Below, piece by piece: positions 30,581 to 42,057 of a DNA stretch of 64,000 nt. How positions within the stretch are numbered: the first letter of the stretch is position 1; every line of letters begins with the position of its first letter. The notes below the pieces were generated by a model. That model was given only the letters and a program-made list of their open reading frames with translations, was not told the DNA's origin and ran no database searches. Origin of the DNA: an uncultured Bacilli bacterium (GTDB taxonomy: Bacteria; Bacillota_I; Bacilli_A; RFN20; CAG-826); the NCBI GenBank assembly GCA_944349595.1, contig CALVNF010000003.1, positions 19,356 to 83,355 of the forward strand. The letters are read 5' to 3'. Made by a program: the position numbers and the translations under genes.

Positions 30581-30961
30581 TTACTTAGCATCTGTTGCTT
30601 TCTTCTTATTAGCAATAGTTTTTCTTGGTCCTTTTCTTGTACGAGCATTAGTTTTTGTTCTTTGACCTCTTACAGGAAGACCTCTTCTATGTCTAATACC
30701 TCTATAACAGCCAATTTCTGTTAATCTTTTAATATTAAGAGCAACTTCTCTTCTTAAGTCACCTTCTAATTTATATTTAGAAAGTTCAACTCTAATTTTA
30801 GCGAGTTGTTCTTCAGTTAAATTTTTTACTCTGATTGTTGGATCAATTCCAATATCATTTAAGATTTTTTTACTTGTTGAAATTCCAATACCATAAATAT
30901 AAGTTAATGAATAAGCTACTTGTTTATCATTTGGAATGTCAACACCAACGATTCTTGCCAT
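30581..30961 (-). CDS. rpsM: 30S ribosomal protein S13
   Basis: 126 aa. Begins [10 protein letters not shown]... Confidence 0.95.
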   Translation of the reverse strand: MARIVGVDIPNDKQVAYSLTYIYGIGISTSKKILNDIGIDPTIRVKNLTEEQLAKIRVELSKYKLEGDLRREVALNIKRLTEIGCYRGIRHRRGLPVRGQRTKTNARTRKGPRKTIANKKKATDAK

Positions 30962-30980
30962 ACTTTAATATCTCCTTTAA

Positions 30981-31094
30981 TTAACCTTGTCTTTGTTTAT
31001 GTTTTGGATTAGAACAAATTACCATGACTTTTCCATGTCTTTTAATAACCCTACATTTATCACAGATAGGTTTTACAGATGGTCTTACTTTCAT
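30981..31094 (-). CDS. rpmJ: 50S ribosomal protein L36
   Basis: 37-aa ORF below the track size cutoff: [37 protein letters not shown]. Zinc-ribbon C-x2-C...C-x4-H pattern. Lies between infA and rpsM. Confidence 0.85.
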   Translation of the reverse strand: MKVRPSVKPICDKCRVIKRHGKVMVICSNPKHKQRQG

Positions 31095-31120
31095 AATTAA
31101 TTCTCCTTAACATTTAATAA

Positions 31121-31339
31121 TTATTTATATCTATATGTTATTCGGCCCTGTTTTAAATCGTATGGACTGATTTCAACACTAACTCTATCCCCTGGGAAAA
31201 TGCGAATATTATTTAGACGGATTTTTCCAGAAACAGTGGCCATAATTGTTAGTCCGTTTTCAAGTTCAACTTTGAACTTAACATTTGGTAAACTTTCTTT
31301 TACCACAGCCATACATGTAATACAATCATCCTTCGCCAT
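31121..31339 (-). CDS. infA: Translation initiation factor IF-1
   Basis: 72 aa, S1-like fold sequence. Overlaps map by 14 nt. Confidence 0.95.
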   Translation of the reverse strand: MAKDDCITCMAVVKESLPNVKFKVELENGLTIMATVSGKIRLNNIRIFPGDRVSVEISPYDLKQGRITYRYK

Positions 31340-32099
31340 TTAATTCCTCCTTAGAGATTGTTAATAATTCATAACCAGTTTTTGTAACTACAAGTGAATT
31401 TTCATAATGGGCAGCAAGACTATGATCAACAGTCTTTACACCCCAGTCATCACTTAGTACATATACATCTTTTTTTCCTTGAATAACCATTGGTTCAATT
31501 GCCAAAGTCATTCCCTCTTTTAAAATAATTCCAGTTCCTTTTTTTCCATAATTTGGAATATAAGGATCTTCATGAAGTACTTGACCAACCCCATGTCCAG
31601 TATAATCTCTTACAACTGAATAACCATTTGATTCAATTACTTCTTGAATACGTGCTTGAATATCTCCAAGATGTACGCCAGGTTTTATTAACTTAACGCC
31701 TTCAAAGAATGATTCTTTTGTAACTTCTATAAGTCTTTTTGCTTCAGGAGTTACTTCCCCAACTTCAAATGTTCTACAAGCATCTCCAACATAGCCATTT
31801 TTAGTAACTCCAACATCAATTTTAACAATATCTCCATCTTTAAGTATTGTTTTTTCATTTGGAATACCATGAATTACCATGTCATTGACGCTAATACAAC
31901 ATGCTTCAGGGAATCCACCATACCCTTTAAAGGTAGGATAACCACCTCTTGATCTAATATATTTTTCAATAATTTTAGATAACTTCAATGTAGATATCCC
32001 ACTTTTAATATATGGTTTTATAATTAAGAAGACTTCACCAACGACTTCGCCAGCTTGTCTCATTAATTCAATTTCACGAGGAGTTTTAATAATAATCAT
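31326..32099 (-). CDS. map: Methionine aminopeptidase type I
   Basis: 257 aa with conserved metal ligands. Confidence 0.9.
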   Translation of the reverse strand: MIIIKTPREIELMRQAGEVVGEVFLIIKPYIKSGISTLKLSKIIEKYIRSRGGYPTFKGYGGFPEACCISVNDMVIHGIPNEKTILKDGDIVKIDVGVTKNGYVGDACRTFEVGEVTPEAKRLIEVTKESFFEGVKLIKPGVHLGDIQARIQEVIESNGYSVVRDYTGHGVGQVLHEDPYIPNYGKKGTGIILKEGMTLAIEPMVIQGKKDVYVLSDDWGVKTVDHSLAAHYENSLVVTKTGYELLTISKEELNGEG

Positions 32100-32105
32100 C
32101 TATTT

Positions 32106-32756
32106 TTATTCCTCGATTGCTTTTTTAATACTAGAAAATACTTCATTTAATTCTTTACTTCCATCAACTTTTACTAATAAATTTTTATTTTTATAGTAAT
32201 CAATTAATGGAGCAGTTTGTTTATAATAATTTTCTAGTCTTGTCTTAAATGCAGTTAAATTATCATCATTTCTAATATATAATTCTCCACCACAGTTATC
32301 ACATACGCCTTCAACTTTACTTGGCATATTTTTAATATGATATGTGGAACCACATTTTTTACAAACTCTACGACCTGTAATTCTATCAATTAAGATTTGA
32401 TCATCTACATCTACATCAATTACAAGTTGTAAATCTTGATTAATATCTTTACTTAATTTATCAAGTGCTTCAGCTTGGACTAAAGTTCTAGGAAATCCAT
32501 CTAATAAATAACCGTTTTTACAATCGCTTTTAGATAATCTTTCTTTAACTAAACCAATTGTAACTTCATCTGGTACTAAATCACCACGAGATATGTAAGT
32601 GTTAGCTAATTTTCCAAGTTCACTGCCTTCTTTAATTGCTTCTCTAAACATATCACCGGTTGAAATATGTGGAATATGATAATAATCTTTAATTAATTTG
32701 GCTTGGCTACCTTTTCCAGCGCCAGGTGCTCCTAATAATAAAATTCTTGTCTTCAT
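32106..32756 (-). CDS. adk: Adenylate kinase (zinc-lid type)
   Basis: 216 aa. P-loop GAPGAGKGSQ. Lid with CKKCGSTYH...CDNCGG. Confidence 0.95.
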   Translation of the reverse strand: MKTRILLLGAPGAGKGSQAKLIKDYYHIPHISTGDMFREAIKEGSELGKLANTYISRGDLVPDEVTIGLVKERLSKSDCKNGYLLDGFPRTLVQAEALDKLSKDINQDLQLVIDVDVDDQILIDRITGRRVCKKCGSTYHIKNMPSKVEGVCDNCGGELYIRNDDNLTAFKTRLENYYKQTAPLIDYYKNKNLLVKVDGSKELNEVFSSIKKAIEE

Positions 32757-32773
32757 ATAACTCCTAGAAAATA

Positions 32774-34108
32774 TTAATCATATAATTTACCAGCTAATAA
32801 ACCATTAACTTGGTTATTAAGTTCGGTTGCAACACCGACTGCAATAATTAATCCAGTTCCACCAAATGCTAAACTTGTGTCATTTCCAAATATTCCACTT
32901 AAAGTTAGAGCAACTGGAAGAGCTGCAATAAATGCAAGAGCAAATGCACCGATACATGTTATTCTATTTAATACTTTTCTTATATATCTTTCAGTTTCAT
33001 TTCCTGGCTTAATTCCTGGAATATAACTACCATTTTTTTGGAAGTTTTCCGCAAGTTGTGCAGGATTGATTTGAAGTTGTGCATAAAAGAATGCAAATAC
33101 AATAATTAAGATTACATAGAATATTAATCCCCATGGCATTCCCCATCTACTTCCATCTATACCAGGCATTTGATACATATGAGAAATTGAGAATATATTT
33201 AACCAATATGCATTTGCAGCATCACTTGAGATGAAGCTTGCAATAACACTTGGTGCCATAAGAATACTTGAAGCAAAGATTACTGGAATAACACCACCAG
33301 AATTTAATTTAATTGGTAAATAACTAGCATTTGACATTTTAGCGACATTACCACTTCTTCCAGCACTTTGAACTGGAATTTTTCTTCTAGCGGATTCTAT
33401 AAATACAATAAATCCAATAATTAATAATAAACAAATAATATAAATCGCAAATTGGAAGACACCTTGAATCATTGCGCTTGCACCACTTCCTTGATTTAAT
33501 GTAATCCATTTTGTGAATGCACTTCCAATTTGATTTGGAAGTTGAGTTACAACACCTGCAAAGATGATCATAGAAATACCATTTCCGATACCTTTACTTG
33601 TTATTTGGTCACCTAACCACATAACGAGCATTGAACCAGCAACCATCAATATAACAAGATAGACATAACCCCAAGCGGATGTATCACCTAATGTTATGTA
33701 GCCGTTTTCCATCATCTTGATAATACCATATGCTTGGACACTACCTAACATAAGAGTTAAGTATCTTGTAGTCATTTCAATTTTTCTTCTTCCAATATCT
33801 CCTTGTTTTCTAAGTTCACTTAGAGCTGGAAGAACATCCATTGACAATAATTGAACAATAATTTGCGATGTAATATATGGGGAAACCCCTAAAGCAAATA
33901 TTGAGAATTGTTGCAATCCACCGCCACCTAATAAGTTAAGAAGAGATAATGCACTTGTAGAGGTCATTGCATTAGTAATATCTTCACTTAATGTGACACC
34001 TGGTAAAGTGACATTTGCACCGATTTCAAAGACTAATAGAATCATAATTGTAAATACGATTCTATTAATTACATCTTTGTTTTTAAAGATTGCCGCAATC
34101 TTTTTCAT
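32774..34108 (-). CDS. secY: Preprotein translocase subunit SecY
   Basis: 444 aa, 10 TM segments, in canonical position after rplO. Confidence 0.95.
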   Translation of the reverse strand: MKKIAAIFKNKDVINRIVFTIMILLVFEIGANVTLPGVTLSEDITNAMTSTSALSLLNLLGGGGLQQFSIFALGVSPYITSQIIVQLLSMDVLPALSELRKQGDIGRRKIEMTTRYLTLMLGSVQAYGIIKMMENGYITLGDTSAWGYVYLVILMVAGSMLVMWLGDQITSKGIGNGISMIIFAGVVTQLPNQIGSAFTKWITLNQGSGASAMIQGVFQFAIYIICLLLIIGFIVFIESARRKIPVQSAGRSGNVAKMSNASYLPIKLNSGGVIPVIFASSILMAPSVIASFISSDAANAYWLNIFSISHMYQMPGIDGSRWGMPWGLIFYVILIIVFAFFYAQLQINPAQLAENFQKNGSYIPGIKPGNETERYIRKVLNRITCIGAFALAFIAALPVALTLSGIFGNDTSLAFGGTGLIIAVGVATELNNQVNGLLAGKLYD

Positions 34109-34111
34109 GGT

Positions 34112-34555
34112 TTAAATTACCTCAGCATTTCCACCAGCTTTTTGAATCTTTTCTAAAGCTGCTTTGGAAAATTTATTTGCTTTTATTGTTAATTTTTTAC
34201 TTAATTCACCTTTAGCTAAAATTTTTAAACCATTAAATTCTTTTTTAACTAATCCTTTTTCAATTAAAAGAGTTAAATCAACGGTTGTTCCATCTTTGAA
34301 TTCATTAAGTTTTTCAAGATTAACACATGCATATGTATTATCTTTTAAAGCCTTGAATCCTCTTTTTGGAAGTCTTCTCCATAATGGGTTTTGACCACCT
34401 TCAAATCCAAGAGCAACACCGCCTCCAGCTCTAGAGTTTTGACCTTTATTACCGCTTCCGCCGTTTTTGCCTAAACCTGAGCCGATGCCTCTACATCTTC
34501 TAATATTTTTCTTTCTTGAGCCTTGGCTATATTTTAATTCACTTAAATTTGTCAT
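34112..34555 (-). CDS. rplO: 50S ribosomal protein L15
   Basis: 147 aa with glycine-rich N-terminus. Confidence 0.9.
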   Translation of the reverse strand: MTNLSELKYSQGSRKKNIRRCRGIGSGLGKNGGSGNKGQNSRAGGGVALGFEGGQNPLWRRLPKRGFKALKDNTYACVNLEKLNEFKDGTTVDLTLLIEKGLVKKEFNGLKILAKGELSKKLTIKANKFSKAALEKIQKAGGNAEVI

Positions 34556-34573
34556 AACTAATCTCCTTTAAGT

Positions 34574-35200
34574 TTATTTTCTAAGCTCATTTACTTTAGT
34601 ATAACTTTTTAATGATCTTAAAGCATTATCAGTTGCTCTAACAACATTAATTGGAGTTCTACTTCCATAAACTTTAGAATAGACATTTTTAACACCAGCT
34701 AATTCTAATACTCTTCTAACAGCACCACCGGCAATAATTCCAGTACCTTCTAAAGCAGGTTTTAAATATACTTTAGTTGCACCAAATTTACCAATAATTT
34801 CATGTGGAAGAGTTTGAGAACCAACAAGTGAAACTGTGAATAAATTCTTTTTAGCTTTTTCGACAGCTTTTTTAATTGCATCTGGAACTTCAGCAGCTTT
34901 TCCAATTGCAAATCCGAATTTACCTTTTCTATCGCCAACTACAACAAGAGCTGAGAATTTAAAGGTTTTACCACCTTTAACAACTTTGGCAACTCTGTTA
35001 ATGTGAACGACTATTTCATCATAATCTTTAGCTTTGCTTTCTCTTTTAACTCTACGATCACGTTCAGGATTTCTTCTTGGACGTCTAGAAGAATTTTCAG
35101 CTTTTTGTTCAGGTGCTTTTTCACCTTGTTCATTTTTTGGAGCTTCAGGTTTTACTTCTTGAACTTTTTCTTCAACTACTTTTTCTTTATTTTCTTCCAT
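34574..35200 (-). CDS. rpsE: 30S ribosomal protein S5 with ~50-aa charged N-terminal extension
   Basis: 208 aa. S5 core starts near [15 protein letters not shown]. It is preceded by a K/E/P/R-rich extension. No rpmD (L30) lies between rpsE and rplO. Confidence 0.9.
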   Translation of the reverse strand: MEENKEKVVEEKVQEVKPEAPKNEQGEKAPEQKAENSSRRPRRNPERDRRVKRESKAKDYDEIVVHINRVAKVVKGGKTFKFSALVVVGDRKGKFGFAIGKAAEVPDAIKKAVEKAKKNLFTVSLVGSQTLPHEIIGKFGATKVYLKPALEGTGIIAGGAVRRVLELAGVKNVYSKVYGSRTPINVVRATDNALRSLKSYTKVNELRK

Positions 35201-35210
35201 AATTCACTCC

Positions 35211-35567
35211 TTAAAATTTTAAGCCATTTTCACGAGCTGCTTCAGCTAAAGCTTTGACTCTACCATGATATATATAACCACCTCTATCAAAAACTACATT
35301 TTCAATACCTTTTGATAAAGCTAATTTTGCAACTTCAGCACCAACTTTTTTACTAGCTTCGATGTTACCACCGTTTTCTAATTTAAGAGATACTGAAGAA
35401 ACACTAACTAATGTAACTTGTTTAACATCATCGATAATTTGAGCTTCAATGTTTTTATTACTTCTAAAGACACATAATCTTGGGCAAGAAGTAGTTCCAG
35501 AAACTTTAGCTCTTACTCTTAAATGTTTTCTTTCTCTGACTTGTTGTCTTGATACTTTTTTAATCAT
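35211..35567 (-). CDS. rplR: 50S ribosomal protein L18
   Basis: 118 aa. Confidence 0.9.
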   Translation of the reverse strand: MIKKVSRQQVRERKHLRVRAKVSGTTSCPRLCVFRSNKNIEAQIIDDVKQVTLVSVSSVSLKLENGGNIEASKKVGAEVAKLALSKGIENVVFDRGGYIYHGRVKALAEAARENGLKF

Positions 35568-35589
35568 AATAACTAATCCTTTCTTTTAA

Positions 35590-36138
35590 CTATTTCTTAG
35601 CACCGGCACGTTTTCCTTCTTTTCGGATAATGTGTTCGCCTTTATACATAACACCTTTACCACCATATGGCTCAGGTTTTCTTGTTGCTCTAATTAATGC
35701 AGCCATTTGTCCAACATCTTCTTTTGAAATACCACTTACAGTAATTTCAGTAGCACTTGGACAAGTTACTGTAACACCTTTGATAACTGGTAAGACAATT
35801 TCATGAGAATAACCAACATTTAATACAATATCGCTACCTCTCATTGCTGCTCTATAACCAATACCAACAATTACAAGATTTTTTGTATAACCTTGGCTAA
35901 CTCCAACAATTGCATTATGAAGTAAAGCTCTTGTTGTACCGTGGTTTTCTTTTAATTGCATTGTATCATTTTCTCTTTTTACAGCTAATGTTTTTTCATC
36001 AACATTTTCAACTGTAATACCACTTGGAATGTTAACTTTTAATTCGCCTTTTGGGCCTTTAACATCTGCAACACTACCATTTAATGTTACACTTACTCCA
36101 CTAGGAAGTTCAATATGTTTTCTACCTATTCTTGACAT
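35590..36138 (-). CDS. rplF: 50S ribosomal protein L6
   Basis: 182 aa. Confidence 0.9.
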   Translation of the reverse strand: MSRIGRKHIELPSGVSVTLNGSVADVKGPKGELKVNIPSGITVENVDEKTLAVKRENDTMQLKENHGTTRALLHNAIVGVSQGYTKNLVIVGIGYRAAMRGSDIVLNVGYSHEIVLPVIKGVTVTCPSATEITVSGISKEDVGQMAALIRATRKPEPYGGKGVMYKGEHIIRKEGKRAGAKK

Positions 36139-36149
36139 ACTTTACCTCC

Positions 36150-36542
36150 TTACCATATATAAGCCATGACTTCACCACCAAGATTTAAACTTCTTGCTTT
36201 TTTATCAGTCATGATTCCTTTACTTGTAGAAATAATTGCGATACCTAAACCATTTAAGACTTTTGGAAGTTTATCACATGGAAGATTAACTCTTAAGCCT
36301 GGTTTAGAAATTCTTTTTAAGCCTTGGATGACTCTTTGTTTGTTTTCACCATATTTTAAGGAAATTGTCATTTCTTTTTTGACATCACCTTCAACATTGT
36401 AACCTTTAATAAAGCCTTCTTCGACAAGAATTTTTGCAATTTCAACTTTGGTTTTACTTGAAGGCATTTTAACTGCTTCATGATGGAGTTGATTTGCATT
36501 TCTAATTCTTGTGAGCATATCAGCTATTGGATCATAAATCAT
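36150..36542 (-). CDS. rpsH: 30S ribosomal protein S8
   Basis: 130 aa. Confidence 0.9.
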   Translation of the reverse strand: MIYDPIADMLTRIRNANQLHHEAVKMPSSKTKVEIAKILVEEGFIKGYNVEGDVKKEMTISLKYGENKQRVIQGLKRISKPGLRVNLPCDKLPKVLNGLGIAIISTSKGIMTDKKARSLNLGGEVMAYIW

Positions 36543-36559
36543 TCTTAACTACCTCCTTT

Positions 36560-36745
36560 TTACCAACTTGATTTTTTCATTCCAGGAATTTCGCCTTTAT
36601 AAGCTAATTCTCTAAGACAAATACGACATAATTTAAATTTTGAATAAACAGAGTGTGGTCTTCCACATCTTTGGCATCTTGTATATTCTCTAACTTTAAA
36701 TTTTTGAGGTCTATTACATCTATTAATTTTACTTAATTTTGCCAT
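36560..36745 (-). CDS. rpsN: 30S ribosomal protein S14, zinc-binding type Z
   Basis: 61 aa with CQRCGRPH...CRIC zinc motif. Confidence 0.9.
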   Translation of the reverse strand: MAKLSKINRCNRPQKFKVREYTRCQRCGRPHSVYSKFKLCRICLRELAYKGEIPGMKKSSW

Positions 36746-36757
36746 ATCTTTCTCTCC

Positions 36758-37378
36758 TTATCTTTGGAAAGGCATACCAAGTAAACTAAGTAACTCATGT
36801 GCCTCTTCATCGCTATTAGCAGTAGTGACAATTACAATGTCCATACCTCTAATTTTTGATACTTTATCATAATCGATTTCAGGGAAAATTAATTGTTCTT
36901 TAACACCAAGGGTATAATTTCCTCTTCCATCAAATGAATTTTTACTAACACCTCTAAAATCTCTAACACGAGGAAGTGCAATTGAAACTAATTTTTCAAA
37001 GAAGGAATACATATAATCGCCTCTTAATGTAACTTTAGCACCAATTGGGACTCCTTGTCTTAATTTGAAGTTAGCAATTGATTTTTTAGCTTTTGTGACA
37101 ACTGGTTTTTGACCTGTAATTGTCATAAGTTCACTAACAGCTTCATCTAATGCTTTAGCATTTGCTGGAACTGCTGCTTCTCCAACACCAACATTAATAA
37201 CAATTTTTTCTAATTTTGGTGCTTGCATAACACTCTTATAATTAAATTTTTTAATTAATTGAGGTTTTACTTCTTTTTCATATTTACTTCTTAATTCAGA
37301 AGTAAATGCAACTTTTTCAGTTTTACTAGATTTTGAAGAAGATTCTTTTTTGACTTCTTTTTTAACTTCTTTAGCCAT
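36758..37378 (-). CDS. rplE: 50S ribosomal protein L5 with ~25-aa Lys/Ser-rich N-terminal extension
   Basis: 206 aa. L5 core begins around [20 protein letters not shown]. Confidence 0.9.
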   Translation of the reverse strand: MAKEVKKEVKKESSSKSSKTEKVAFTSELRSKYEKEVKPQLIKKFNYKSVMQAPKLEKIVINVGVGEAAVPANAKALDEAVSELMTITGQKPVVTKAKKSIANFKLRQGVPIGAKVTLRGDYMYSFFEKLVSIALPRVRDFRGVSKNSFDGRGNYTLGVKEQLIFPEIDYDKVSKIRGMDIVIVTTANSDEEAHELLSLLGMPFQR

Positions 37379-37395
37379 ATCTACTTTTCTCCTCC

Positions 37396-37719
37396 TTAAT
37401 CTAATTTATTACCAGAAGCTTTTGAAACTCTAACTTTAACTTTGCTTCCGTCTTTCTTTGTTTCGGTTTTATAGCCAACCTTGGTTGGTTTTTTTGTTTT
37501 TGGATCTATTACCATGACATTTGATGCATCAATTGGTACATAGATTTCAAGAATATCGCCTTGTGGGACGTTTTGTGTTGGTTTTTTGTGTTTTTTGTGA
37601 ACATTAACGCCTTCAACAACGACTTTATTCAATTTTGGGAAAACTTTTTGAACAATTCCTTCTTTTCCCTTATCGCTACCTGAGATAACTCTTACTTTAT
37701 CGCCTTTTTTAATTTTCAT
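37396..37719 (-). CDS. rplX: 50S ribosomal protein L24
   Basis: 107 aa, KOW motif at N-terminus. Confidence 0.9.
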   Translation of the reverse strand: MKIKKGDKVRVISGSDKGKEGIVQKVFPKLNKVVVEGVNVHKKHKKPTQNVPQGDILEIYVPIDASNVMVIDPKTKKPTKVGYKTETKKDGSKVKVRVSKASGNKLD

Positions 37720-37732
37720 AGCTTATTACCTC

Positions 37733-38107
37733 TTATAATACTTCTGGAGCAAGACTTAATATTTTCATATAGCCTTCTCCTTTTTCTCTTAATTCACGGG
37801 CAACAGGTCCAAAGACTCTAGTGCCAAGTGGAGCGCCATCATCATTAACTAAGACACAAGCATTGTCATCAAATCTAATTGTAGAACCATCACTTCTTAA
37901 AATTGGATATGAAGTTCTAACAATTACGCATTTAACGACTTGACCTTTTTTAACTTTGCCGTTTGGAATTGCATCTTTAACAGCACATAAAACAACATCA
38001 CCAATACTACTTGTTTTACGATAACTTCCACCATATAATCGGAAAACTCTAACGCTTCTTGCACCAGAATTATCGGCGACAACTAAATTTGTTTCAGTTT
38101 GAATCAT
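37733..38107 (-). CDS. rplN: 50S ribosomal protein L14
   Basis: 124 aa. Confidence 0.95.
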   Translation of the reverse strand: MIQTETNLVVADNSGARSVRVFRLYGGSYRKTSSIGDVVLCAVKDAIPNGKVKKGQVVKCVIVRTSYPILRSDGSTIRFDDNACVLVNDDGAPLGTRVFGPVARELREKGEGYMKILSLAPEVL

Positions 38108-38108
38108 T

Positions 38109-38486
38109 TTAGTTTTCCTCCTTTTTTTCTTCTTTTACTTCTTCTTGTTTAGGAGCAGAAATTTCTTCTTCTACTTCTTTTTCAAGTTCTTGTTCAATTC
38201 TTTCTTCTTCTTGTTTAATATCTGATTGATGAAGTTTATCAATTGATACTAAGACAAATCTTTTTAAAGCACTGAGTTTTCTTGTCTCCATAATTGTGAC
38301 AACATCGCCAACATTTGCTTTATTTAATTCATCATGAGCATAATATTTTTTAGAATATTTAACTCTTTTTCCATATTTAGCGTGTTTTTTATAAGTTTCG
38401 ACTAATACGGTGATAGTTTTGTCATTTTTATTTGAAATGACAGTACCTTGAATAGTTCTTCTAATATTTCTTTCCATCTTAGTCAT
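38109..38486 (-). CDS. rpsQ: 30S ribosomal protein S17 with ~40-aa acidic C-terminal extension
   Basis: 125 aa. S17 OB-fold core followed by an E/K-rich tail ([16 protein letters not shown]...KEEKKEEN). Confidence 0.9.
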   Translation of the reverse strand: MTKMERNIRRTIQGTVISNKNDKTITVLVETYKKHAKYGKRVKYSKKYYAHDELNKANVGDVVTIMETRKLSALKRFVLVSIDKLHQSDIKQEEERIEQELEKEVEEEISAPKQEEVKEEKKEEN

Positions 38487-38491
38487 CCTCC

Positions 38492-38689
38492 TTACTTAAC
38501 ACCATTTTCTCGTTCTTTTTTAACAGTTAATACACGAGCAATATCTTTTCTAACTTGTCTTACTTGTTCGCCGTGTTCTAATTGACCAACAGCTTTCTTT
38601 CTTCTCAAGTGGAATAATTCTTCTTTAAGTAAGTAAACTTTTTGATTTAATTCTTCATCGCTTAATTGTCTAATTTCATCTATTTTCAT
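38492..38689 (-). CDS. rpmC: 50S ribosomal protein L29
   Basis: 65 aa. Confidence 0.9.
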   Translation of the reverse strand: MKIDEIRQLSDEELNQKVYLLKEELFHLRRKKAVGQLEHGEQVRQVRKDIARVLTVKKERENGVK

Positions 38690-38692
38690 AAA

Positions 38693-39121
38693 TTACTTAC
38701 TCTCCTTTGCTGTGTCGGCTTTTGATACGACACGACATTTAATTGGAAGTTTATAAGCAGCTAATCTAAGTGCTTCTCTTGCATCAGATTCACTTACGCC
38801 ACCCATTTCAAACATAATTCTTCCTTTTTTAACAACTGCAACGTAGTATTCTGGACTACCTTTACCAGAACCCATACGAACTTCAGCTGGTTTTTTAGTT
38901 TTAGCAAGATGAGGGAATATTCTAATGTAAACTTTACCAGATCTTTTTGTATATCTTGTTAAGACAATACGAGCAGATTCGATTTGTTTAGCACTAATCC
39001 ATGCACCTTCTAAAGCTTCTAAACCAAATTCACCAAAAGCAACAGTATTACCTTTAGTAGCTACACCTTCATATCTAATAATGTGAGGTCTTCTATATTT
39101 AAGTCTTTTTGGTTGCAACAT
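38693..39121 (-). CDS. rplP: 50S ribosomal protein L16
   Basis: 142 aa. Confidence 0.95.
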   Translation of the reverse strand: MLQPKRLKYRRPHIIRYEGVATKGNTVAFGEFGLEALEGAWISAKQIESARIVLTRYTKRSGKVYIRIFPHLAKTKKPAEVRMGSGKGSPEYYVAVVKKGRIMFEMGGVSESDAREALRLAAYKLPIKCRVVSKADTAKESK

Positions 39122-39126
39122 AGATA

Positions 39127-39849
39127 TTATTCTCCTTCCTCACTAGTTTCTCTTTTAGGTTTAATATCTTTTTCTCCTCTACAAATCCAAACTTTAATAC
39201 CTAATCTTCCATAAGTAGTTCTTGCTTCGGCATTTGCATAATCGATATCACTTCTTAAAGTGTGTAAAGATAAGATACCTTCTTTATAGCCTTCACTTCT
39301 TGCAATATCAGCTCCAGCTAATCTTCCAGAAACTTCTGTTTTAATACCAAGAGCGCCAGCTCTTTTAACTTGTTGAATTGCTTTCTTTTGAGCGATTCTA
39401 AAGCTAACTCTATTTTCTAATTGGTTAGCAATTCTTTGAGCAACAATGTGAGCGTCTAAATCTGGGTTTTTAACTTCAACAATTTCAACTCTTGGAGTAC
39501 CAGATTTAACAACTTTACTTAAACCTTTTTTAAGAGCATTTAAGTTAACATTGTCTTTTCCAATGACAATACCAACTACGGCAACAAAGATTTTAATTGT
39601 AACTAATTGGCCTTTATCATTTTTGACTCTATCAATTTCGATATGTGATAAATAAGGATCAGTATCTTTTGATTTAACTTCTTTATTTTTAGTATCACGA
39701 TATCCATTTAATACTTTTGTAATATATTTTCTAATTGCAATATCTTCTAAAAGATAAGTTGAGAAATTTTTATTATTAGCGTACCAATGTGTATTCCAGT
39801 CTCTATTGATACCAATTCTCATACCAACTGGATTAACTTTTTGTCCCAT
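39127..39849 (-). CDS. rpsC: 30S ribosomal protein S3
   Basis: 240 aa with KH domain. Confidence 0.95.
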   Translation of the reverse strand: MGQKVNPVGMRIGINRDWNTHWYANNKNFSTYLLEDIAIRKYITKVLNGYRDTKNKEVKSKDTDPYLSHIEIDRVKNDKGQLVTIKIFVAVVGIVIGKDNVNLNALKKGLSKVVKSGTPRVEIVEVKNPDLDAHIVAQRIANQLENRVSFRIAQKKAIQQVKRAGALGIKTEVSGRLAGADIARSEGYKEGILSLHTLRSDIDYANAEARTTYGRLGIKVWICRGEKDIKPKRETSEEGE

Positions 39850-39866
39850 TAAAACTCATCTCCTCC

Positions 39867-40520
39867 TTATCTTTCTTTAACAACACAAGTGATATGACAC
39901 ATTCTTTTAATTAAACCACTAGCACTACCTTTTGCTCTTGGTAAATATCTTTTCATTCTCATACCATCTGTGGCATAAATTTCTTTAATGTATAACTTCT
40001 CATCATCTAAGTTGAAGTTATTTACTGCATTTGCTGTAGCACTATTTATAACTTTTAATACAGGCATAGCAGCAGCTTTATTTAAATTCTTTAAGATTGC
40101 AACTGCATCTTTAACATCTTTTCCTCTAACTAAATCAAGAACTAATCTTGCTTTTCTTGGAGTGCATCTGATATTTTTTGCAACTGCTCTAGCTTCACTT
40201 ACAGGATTTGGAAGTTCTTGAGGTTGTTTAGCTTTTTCTTTTTCAGCTTTCTTTTGAGCTTTTTGATTAGCTTTTTCAACTTTCTTAGCTTCTTTATCTG
40301 CTTTTTTGCTAGCTTTCTTATCAACAACTTTTTCTTCTACTGGTTTTTCTTCAGCAGGTTTTTCAACTTTTTCTTCTGCTTTTTTAGTTACTTTTTTTGC
40401 TGTTGTAGCTTTTTTTGCTGTTGTAGCTTTTTCTGCGGTAGTAGTTGTTTTTCTAGTTCTAGTTGTTTTCTTTTCTTCACTTTTTACTTCTTGAGTAGGT
40501 GTTTTAACTTCTTCAGCCAT
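39867..40520 (-). CDS. rplV: 50S ribosomal protein L22 with ~105-aa Lys/Ala/Thr/Glu-rich (histone H1-like) N-terminal extension
   Basis: 217 aa. L22 core is the last ~110 aa. The ATG overlaps the rpsS stop (TAATG), which supports the long form. The extension contains tandem KATTAK units. Confidence 0.85.
   Translation of the reverse strand: MAEEVKTPTQEVKSEEKKTTRTRKTTTTAEKATTAKKATTAKKVTKKAEEKVEKPAEEKPVEEKVVDKKASKKADKEAKKVEKANQKAQKKAEKEKAKQPQELPNPVSEARAVAKNIRCTPRKARLVLDLVRGKDVKDAVAILKNLNKAAAMPVLKVINSATANAVNNFNLDDEKLYIKEIYATDGMRMKRYLPRAKGSASGLIKRMCHITCVVKER
40392..40428. repeat. Tandem ~18-nt repeat (TTTTTTGCTGTTGTAGCT x2) inside the rplV extension (encodes KATTAKKATTAKK)
   Basis: Seen directly. 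Confidence 0.7.
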
Positions 40521-40813
40521 TATTTCTTACCTCCTGCAGCTTTATCTTCCGCATTATTTCCAGAGTGACCTTTGAAGGTTCTTGTTGGAGAAAACTCTCC
40601 AAGTTTATGACCTACCATGTCTTCTGTAATATAAACTGTGATAAATTCTCGACCATTATAAACAGCAAAGGTGTGTTCAACAAATGATGGGAATATTGTG
40701 GATCTTCTTGACCAAGTTTTAATAACTTCTTTTTTATTTGCTTTATTTAAAGCATCAACTTTTTTAAGCAAATATGCGTCGCAGAATGGACCTTTTTTTA
40801 AACTTCTTGCCAT
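40520..40813 (-). CDS. rpsS: 30S ribosomal protein S19
   Basis: 97 aa. Confidence 0.95.
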   Translation of the reverse strand: MARSLKKGPFCDAYLLKKVDALNKANKKEVIKTWSRRSTIFPSFVEHTFAVYNGREFITVYITEDMVGHKLGEFSPTRTFKGHSGNNAEDKAAGGKK

Positions 40814-40831
40814 TATTAACTTCCTCCTTTA

Positions 40832-41668
40832 CTATTTACCTTTAACTCTACTAATAATTAATTTAGTTGAAGATTTTTTAACTCTTCTAGTCTTGACACC
40901 AAGTGCTCTCTTACCCCATGGAGTTCTTGGAGCATCTCTTCCGACAGGACATTTACCTTCACCACCACCGTGTGGGTGATCAGTTGGGTTCATAGCACTA
41001 CCTCTAACAGTAGGTCTAATGCCTAACCATCTTGTCTTACCAGCTTTACCTAAATTAATTAACGAATAATCGATATTTCCAACAATACCAATTGTTGCAC
41101 GACATTTTCCAAGAATTTTTCTTGTTTCACCACTTTGTAATCTTACAATAACATATTTTCCTTCTTTACCAAGTATTTGAGCGCTGCTTCCGGCTGCTCT
41201 ACAAAGTTGGCCACCTTTATTTGGTGTAAGTTCAACGTTGTGAACTCTAGTACCTTCTGGAATATTTTCTAATAACATTGTGTTACCAGTTAAAATATCA
41301 GCTGCATCTGAAGAGATAACTTTATCACCAACTTTAATTCCAAGTGGAGAGAGAATATATCTTTTTTCTCCATCAATGTAATTAATTAAAGAAATGTAAG
41401 CATTTCTATTTGGATCGTATTCGATGGATGCAACTTTACCAACGATATCAAATTTATTTCTTTTAAAATCAATAATACGATACTTTCTTTTATGCCCTCC
41501 ACCGATGTGTCTTGTTGTAATAACACCTTGTTGATTACGACCACCAGTTTTTGTTAACTTTCTTAAAAGTGATTTTTCAGGAGCATTATTTTGTGTTAAT
41601 TCTTCAAAAGTCGTATTAGTCATAGCTCTACGAGATGGACTTGTAGGCTTATATGTTCTAATTCCCAT
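40832..41668 (-). CDS. rplB: 50S ribosomal protein L2
   Basis: 278 aa. Confidence 0.95.
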   Translation of the reverse strand: MGIRTYKPTSPSRRAMTNTTFEELTQNNAPEKSLLRKLTKTGGRNQQGVITTRHIGGGHKRKYRIIDFKRNKFDIVGKVASIEYDPNRNAYISLINYIDGEKRYILSPLGIKVGDKVISSDAADILTGNTMLLENIPEGTRVHNVELTPNKGGQLCRAAGSSAQILGKEGKYVIVRLQSGETRKILGKCRATIGIVGNIDYSLINLGKAGKTRWLGIRPTVRGSAMNPTDHPHGGGEGKCPVGRDAPRTPWGKRALGVKTRRVKKSSTKLIISRVKGK

Positions 41669-41706
41669 TTTCTATTTCTCCTATATTTATCTTATATATA
41701 TGGCGA

Positions 41707-42057
41707 TTATTCTTTAAATAAATCAATAGCTTCGCCAGTTGCAATTGTAACAATTGCTTTTTTATATCCAGAGATAACACCTTTATATCTGCTACCTCTT
41801 GTTGTTTGCTTTTCAATAACATTTGAAATAGCAACTTTTTCTACCTTTACTTTGAAGATTTTTTCAACAGCATTTTTAATTTGAATCTTGTTAGCATTCT
41901 TTGAAACTTCAAATGTAGCTTTATTTTGAGATTGCATTAAATTCATGCTTTTTTCTGTAATAACAGGTCGAATAATTACTTCTAAGTCATTAATTGTTGG
42001 AGCTTTGAAGTTTAATTCATTTTTAACTTCTTCGACTTTCTTTTTACCTCTAGCCAT
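41707..42057 (-). CDS. rplW: 50S ribosomal protein L23 (with ~20-aa basic N-terminal extension)
   Basis: 116 aa. Confidence 0.85.
   Translation of the reverse strand: MARGKKKVEEVKNELNFKAPTINDLEVIIRPVITEKSMNLMQSQNKATFEVSKNANKIQIKNAVEKIFKVKVEKVAISNVIEKQTTRGSRYKGVISGYKKAIVTIATGEAIDLFKE

Noticed and set aside
30981-31094. Apparent frameshift in rpmJ
   Set aside because: My first reading suggested an extra base after codon 5. Re-reading the sequence across the 31080/31081 line break gives an intact 37-aa L36 ([37 protein letters not shown]), so the frameshift was my transcription error and not a feature.
35003-35257. Plus-strand 84-aa F-rich ORF opposite rpsE
   Set aside because: Antisense artefact of the Lys/Glu-rich S5 extension.
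40218-40568. Plus-strand ORFs (116 aa and 62 aa) rich in F/S/C opposite the rplV extension
   Set aside because: They are the reverse-complement reading of the Lys/Ala/Thr-rich L22 extension. They lie inside a translationally coupled r-protein operon on the other strand, and low-complexity antisense ORFs of this kind are an expected artefact.
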